This document shows, one piece after another, positions 57,910 through 64,000 of a stretch of 64,000 bases of DNA. This DNA is from Tubulanus polymorphus (Eukaryota > Animalia > Nemertea). The stretch lies in the NCBI RefSeq assembly GCF_964204645.1, contig NC_134028.1, positions 20,456,345 to 20,520,344 of the forward strand, in the 5' to 3' direction. The position numbers and the translations under genes are program-made. The stretch's first letter is position 1. Each line of letters begins with the position of its first letter. A model generated the notes under the pieces. That model searched no databases and was not told where the DNA came from. It worked only from the letters and a program-made list of their open reading frames with translations.

Positions 57910-58618
57910 ATGAAATTGATAAGTTTTTTGGTGGTTTTTCTGGCCGTTCTCTGGGCTTCAACCGATGCCATTGATGAAAGTACATGTCGCAAGGTAAATA
58001 TCTTTTAGTCATATCACGTGTGTTAATCCATCGCAGCTACACTCCTGAACCTAAAGTCTACAAATCTCCTTGATCCTACGTGCAGTTGATATTACTTAGG
58101 GAAAGAAGATTAATTAACGAAAAAACCTCTCAGTATTTGAAACAAATCTCTGAAGATGAGTGGAAGTATTCCACCCGAAACGTTAGAATGAAATAACAAC
58201 TGTTGTTTAAGATCTATATTGTGGGTTTTTACGCAGGGACTGGAAATAGTCTCAACTATTTATAACCTCTTCGTATAACCTCCTGATAATCGTGACATCA
58301 ATGTTGTAATTTGAGGGTTCACCAGGAAAAACCATTTTCAATTACATTTTTATTATATAGGTAGCATCTCTTGCTGTCGAACATTACGGCAAGGCCATAT
58401 CGGGACCACTGAGCAAATTAGATTGCGAAACTATCGTCAACAGCAAGATCTTGGACGATCTAAAGTTACAAGGTTCACAACTACCTAGCGTTTTGGCGAA
58501 AGTCTTCAAGTCAACACAAGGCAAATCGAAGATTTTCGCTTACGTACGAAACAATGTCAACGTCATTAGAAACAATTTGAAAACTTTGAAAGAAGCATTG
58601 AAAAAACTAGAAAACTAG
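57910..58618 (+). CDS. family X copy K (113 aa, B-type); exons 57910-57993 and 58361-58618
   Basis: Frame open; LDCETIVN variant; ends ALKKLEN*. Confidence 0.85.
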
Positions 58619-59986
58619 AAAATTCCATGCATAATGATCGATAATTCGAGCAAAATTGCATTTATACTAGAAGATGTATGTTCTAATTCGATAAATTCCG
58701 GGTTTCCTTGTTCTATACGATTAAAATTTATGTCAATGTTTAAAAACGCAAATAAATAGTTTTTAGTCGGCATAAAATGAATGTAGTGATGTATTGATTT
58801 CATTGAGGTTAACATTACGGGTAAGGGAGTTAGTAGTGGGACGATCTTGCGTGCCAATTAACGCAAACGGGAGATTGTGAATGGAACCCGAGGATAAGTC
58901 TACAGAATTTATTCCAACCTGGGTGGATATAGCTGTTTGGATCCAGCCAATGATTACATAATCAGTTAGACCAGGACGGCATTAAGAATCTTCAACTTAT
59001 GACAACACAATTTTCAATTCAATTCAAAATTTATTCAGTAAATAATCATATAAATGGTTGCGGCTTAATATAATAAAAAATTACAGCAAATGTATCAAAA
59101 ATGTCAAACATACAGCGGATGGCTTAGTTCGCGTAGCATGCTTAAACTAAATCGCCAAAATATTTATGATTGGACTAGTTTTCTTGTATCTATCTTTTCG
59201 ACTCTTAATCAACAGGCCCTTTGCCTAAACTTTGCAATGGAAAGCGAGGTGATCTAACCCGAATTTCATGTTTGTTTTAATGGCGTGCTCTAGATGGGAA
59301 AATCTGCGGGATGAACTCTTCAACGATATCATCAAAATATTCCCCAACATTAGAAGCCTCGACAAGGAACACCAATTAACCTACTACTTTCTTTCCATTC
59401 ATTGGCCAAAATTGTAAGCAAATTCTTTAGATCAAGAGTTTAAGGCCTGAATATCTAATTCCATATCTACCCATTTCGAGTGAATATTAAATTCGGTAAC
59501 TTGCATTAATGTTAATTTTCTTTTCATTATCATTCTATGTATAAGTTTTATACATCATTTTTTTGTACAAATTTTATATCATCCACAATCGTGTACGATT
59601 GCATGAATACTAAACATTGAATAACCTGTATTGTGGAATTGAAAACGCTATCAATACCGACATGTTACTGAATCAATATTCACTGATGGCTTAATCAGGC
59701 CGCAAAACATATACTGCCTTGAAAATAGACGTTCGTCAGCAAAATATTGCAATCGCGACCAGCCCATCGGTATAGAGATATCTTGCTGCAGAAATAGATA
59801 TATCACTGTGACGTACATTGTTTTAATTTCTGAAATTCTTCATTAGAATATTTGCATGTACTCTCATTCGACTCTCCTGGAGGAACTTGCTGTAGACCGC
59901 GATAATTGGAGGTCCCTTGCATATCACATCGTGACGCAGCGGCGTTGGTGATGTCATAGAAGAAGATCTCATTCGACTTAAAATTA

Positions 59987-60410
59987 TGGCTGATGCAAAA
60001 AAGCAGCGAAAGCAATAAAAGAACAATATTTACAGGTGTAGTTGACACACTGATCAAATTTCATACCGAATTGGAACTGCCATTCCTCCGATGGAATCAC
60101 AAACAAGATGAAAGAAAGTCGATGGACGGAAATTTCTCAGGCCGTAAACTCAGTGGCTCCAGTGCTCGAACGGAGAGTGCAGGAAAAATAAACCAATTTG
60201 AAGAGTCGTAGCAAACGGGGGCACATTTTTATGCGAAGACACCAGCATGGTACTGGGGGAAGAAACACCACTGGTGGAGATCTTACGCCTGTAGAAGGGA
60301 AGTTAATGGCGTTGATGACAAAAGAGCAGTTGACGTATGGAATCGAAAGCGACGCAGGCCTAACACTGCCGCGAGAACCTCGAAAAGAAATGAGACTGAG
60401 AATCTGTTTG
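59987..60410 (+). mobile_element. decayed Harbinger-type Myb/SANT-like ORF, second copy
   Basis: Reads GITNKMKESRWTEISQAVNSVAPVLERRVQEK*TNLKSRSKR..GTGG..DLTPVEGKL; the stop falls at the normally conserved Trp position. Confidence 0.72.
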
Positions 60411-60590
60411 TTATATAAATTATAAATAACCATATGATAACAATGTTATATAATTATATAAAATATCAGATTCGTTTCAGAGTCAACTAGGGAAGAAGCA
60501 ATGGAGAGATATACCTTCCTAGGTAGGACGGGAATTGCGCATGCACAATCCCATTTCGTTCAAATGATTTCTTCAATTGCTGATTTTCAG

Positions 60591-61093
60591 ACCTTATTTT
60601 TCTGTTCGTATTGCTTTGTGGGAGTTTTTTTTTCCAATGGGGAGCACCTGGCGATCAATACGATAATGAATTACGGTCGAGTTCAGTTAAAAGTCGTCTT
60701 TAAAGAGAACCAGAGTCAGCTTTTAATACCGGACGCGTTCAAGTTAATTTCCCTCGTCTGTAAGAAATATCTCAGCGAACAAGAATGTGAATAATTGGCG
60801 TTCGTGTTGCCATACAGTCAGACAGTGTTGTGATCGATAGCTGGAAGACACGCGCGCACACCGGTCACTGTTGCAGGTATCAGCTTTCTCATTGAACATG
60901 TCAAGTTGGCACTTGTGTCTCCCCCTGGCGTTTCCGCACTGTTGATTTGTTTTTCTCTCGCAGATGAACCGAAACACTATCGTTGTCGGATGCTGTGGGA
61001 CGGTGTTAGGTGTTGGGATATCACGCTAGGTGGGGTTACGGTAACAGAAACTTGTCCCGTGTATTGGACGCTGTCTGGAACAACTGGGAACTT
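60591..61093 (+). pseudogene. best-preserved class B GPCR ectodomain exon pair (60591-60876 and 60964-61093)
   Basis: Reads FCSYCFVGVF..VCKKYLSEQECE/NWRSCCHTVRQCCDR*LED, then CRMLWDGVRCWDITLGGVTVTETCPVYW. One stop and frameshifts; no 7TM exons seen in the window. Confidence 0.82.
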
Positions 61094-61368
61094 GTAAGTA
61101 TCACCTGCTAACATGTTCGCGGGTACTTGTAAATATCATCTGCTCATCGGTATTCTGGGGGAACTGTAAACTGCGAACCATCAATGAAATCAATACATCA
61201 CTACATTCGTTTCTAATGCCGATTAAGAATCATTTATTTGCATTTTCAAACATTTACACAAATTATGATTGTATAGAACAAGGAAATGCGAAACCTATAG
61301 AATTAGAACATATATTTTCTAGTATGATAGAATGTTGCTCGAATTATCCATCATTTCCATGGCATTTT

Positions 61369-62124
61369 CTAGTTTCCCAGTTGTTTCAATGCTGTTTCCA
61401 AAGATTTCAAATTTTTACTTAGATCTTTCACATTGTTTCTTGCGAAATCGATAATCAGCGATTTACCTTGAATTGAATTGAAGATTGTCGGCGAAATGTT
61501 ACCTAGTAGATCCGTTGACTTAAGATCGTCCAAGATATTGCTTTGGACGATAGTATCGCAATCTAATTTACTCAGTGGTCCCGATATGGCCTTGCCATAA
61601 AACTCGACAGCATGAGATGATACCTGCCAATAAAAACAAACGCAATCGAAAATGCTTTTTCTTGGTAAATCCTTAAGATACAACAGTGAAAATCATGATT
61701 ATAAGAATACTAAGAGGTTATAAATAATTGGCACTATTTCCAGTCTTGAATACAATTGCATAAAAACCCACAATATAGATCTTAAACAACAGTTATTATT
61801 TCATTCAACGTTTCGCGGGGAATACTTCCACTCATTTTCAGAGATTTGTTTCAAATACTGAGAGGTATATCCGTCAATTCGTCTTTCCATGAACAATATC
61901 AACTGCACGTTGGACCAAGAAGGTTGGTAGACTTTAGGTTCATGAGTGTAGCTGCGATGGATTAACTCTACATATTACATTCGATTGGTGAATCGCTTTG
62001 ACGATACAGCGTTTCCTCTTTATAGGGAATTATTTACCTTGCTACATGTACTTTCATCAGCAATGGCATCGGTTGTAACCCAGAAAACCGCTAGAAAAAC
62101 CACCAAAAAACTGATCAATTTCAT
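61369..62124 (-). CDS. family X copy L (113 aa); exons 62124-62038 and 61623-61369
   Basis: MKLISFLVVFLAVFWVTTDA-IADESTCSK|VSSHAVEFYGKAISGPLSKLDCDTIVQSNILDDLKSTDLLGNISPTIFNSIQGKSLIIDFARNNVKDLSKNLKSLETALKQLGN*. Confidence 0.85.
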
Positions 62125-64000
62125 GTTGTCTCTGGAAAACTGCAATCAGATCATAGAAATAGAGACTGGTTTCCGGCAGTGTCAGAACAGGAGACTGGTT
62201 CCCGACTGTGTCAGTTCATAGATATTACGAGTGATCTTACCTGTATGATATGTGTTGAGATTTAGCGTGGTGTTGAAGCGACTGACGAATGTCTCATTTT
62301 GTCGATTGAATCTTGCCAGTTTTATACATATTTTGGGATGAATAATATTTGATCAGAAGTTGCTTAACGGTTTCACATTATATATCCCACTCAGTAGATT
62401 CAATTCCAACTATTTACAGGATCGATTCGATTATTTTTGCTTTGTTTAATCTGTCTGGCCCTGTTTTTCTACTGTATATTGCTGGAAATTTGAAGGACGA
62501 TGGAGGTTTAATATTTTTCACCCACATATGAATAAAATCTTGTAAAAGGCTACTTTATGAACTGTATATTCAAATATTAATTAAATTGCATCCGGTCCCA
62601 CAGTTCCACATTTCCACAGTAGAATTATTCAAATTATTGAAAACTCGTGACTCAAATATAACCAAACTTTAGAACTTTGTCCAGGACTGTGGAACGGGAT
62701 CCTAAGTAAGCAAGTCCTGAAGTGTGAAAAAGTGTGGTAAAAGTAAGTCCAAAACACGGTGGATCTGGATCAACAACTGTAGAAGTAGGTCATGAAGTGT
62801 GGAACTTGGCCCACAACAGTGAAAGTAGGTCCAGAACAATGGAACTGCGTCGACAACTGTAGAAAGTAGTCCAAAATTGTGGAACTTGCTCTACAACTGT
62901 AGAAACATGTCCAAAACTGTGGAACTGGATCCAAAACCGTAGAATGGGCCCGAACTGGGTCGACAAGTAAGGAAGGTGCATTTCTGTGGAACTCGATCCA
63001 AAAATTAGGTCTACACCAAGACTGTGGAACCGGGAAAACTGTAATTAGAGAGTTTTCAGAACTTTGTCCAAAACTGTGGAAATGGATCTAGTTTTATGGA
63101 ACTTGGCAGGAGTGTCGAACTGAAAACTGTGAAAAACTGCGGGATTGGCTCTCTTGGAAAAGTTCGAAGTTTTGACATAAGAATCTATTCTATATCGTGT
63201 GTTTTCGGTATCTGCAGTTGAAATTGACGAGAACTTGTTCAATTTGGGGAATATCGGCGAAAAAACTAATTACGCCAAACGTTTTAACAGTAGTAAATAT
63301 CAATAAAATCATTGATTGCATCGATCACGAGTTAGGTTCTATTCAAACTGACTATTGATTATTCGTAGATGATAGCTTTGATCAGATCCCCTCTATAGGA
63401 AACATCCAAGTCATGTGTAGAAGTTTCTGCCACATTTTGAATTTGCCAAAAAGAATCTGCATGATAAAAATTGTTAGCTTGAAAAAATCTAATGAATTTG
63501 AAACTGTAGGGCAGTCTAGGGGTACCGTAATAACTTCTCCCTATCCCGAACAGACGGAGTATCATCAAACACACGACCTTTCAAACTCATTGTATTGCAA
63601 GGCCGCACTTATAACATATTGTTTTCTATTATACTATGACCCCGAGAGCTGGTGTAGAATTCGACCTTGTACCTGATTGCACTCGTTCAGTAAAAATAGT
63701 CTATATTTTCAGAACAAGAAAATTTGTATTTAAAAATATGGAAATACGATTGTATAATGCTTTGTTTCAGGGTGAAATGAAGGTGATTTTAAAGATTGCG
63801 GTTTATGTCGGGTTTGGTTGTGGTATAACCAGTATGCTTTGCCTTGTAAGGAGCCTCCGGAAGTGTTATAAGTGACATTGTGAATTTTTTTTATTAACTT
63901 GCGTCCGATCGAAATGTTTTGCGACGTAGAAACTAAATAATTTTTTTCGTAGAAACGAAAATGTGTGACATGGTGGAAAATATTATTTTCTAACTAACTG

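Noticed and set aside
60591-61093. Functional soluble GPCR decoy ectodomain
   Set aside because: Every copy examined has frameshifts, stops or insertions, and no signal-peptide exon was found

Overview
AT-rich, intron-containing animal DNA, most likely a marine invertebrate (lophotrochozoan-like; this is inference). The window is a segmentally duplicated, rearranged cluster in roughly three units: 1-25424, 25425-47362, and 50574-end, with an inverted segment at 47364-50190. Recognisable genes are the 3' part of a BMPER/Crossveinless-2-like gene and an intact 8-exon betaine-homocysteine methyltransferase (BHMT) family gene. The ORF track misses the main feature: a spliced family of small secreted helical proteins of about 109-114 aa that I do not recognise (here 'family X'). 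It has 10 copies with both coding exons, 8 of them with intact reading frames, plus 3 fragments. The copies sit mostly as divergent head-to-head pairs, and each lies tail-to-tail with decayed ectodomain exons of a class B GPCR. A prepro-peptide gene for a cationic, probably amidated, disulfide-looped antimicrobial/cytolytic-like peptide (GWFKKLWKGIKKHC...CSG) is present as one intact and one nonsense-mutated copy. The rest is mobile and repetitive DNA: L2 and CR1 LINE fragments, SINE-like inserts, Harbinger Myb/SANT remnants, a 4.7 kb Helentron-like composite insertion, long CTG tracts and minisatellites. All coordinates, translations and counts were read by eye; no database searches were run.
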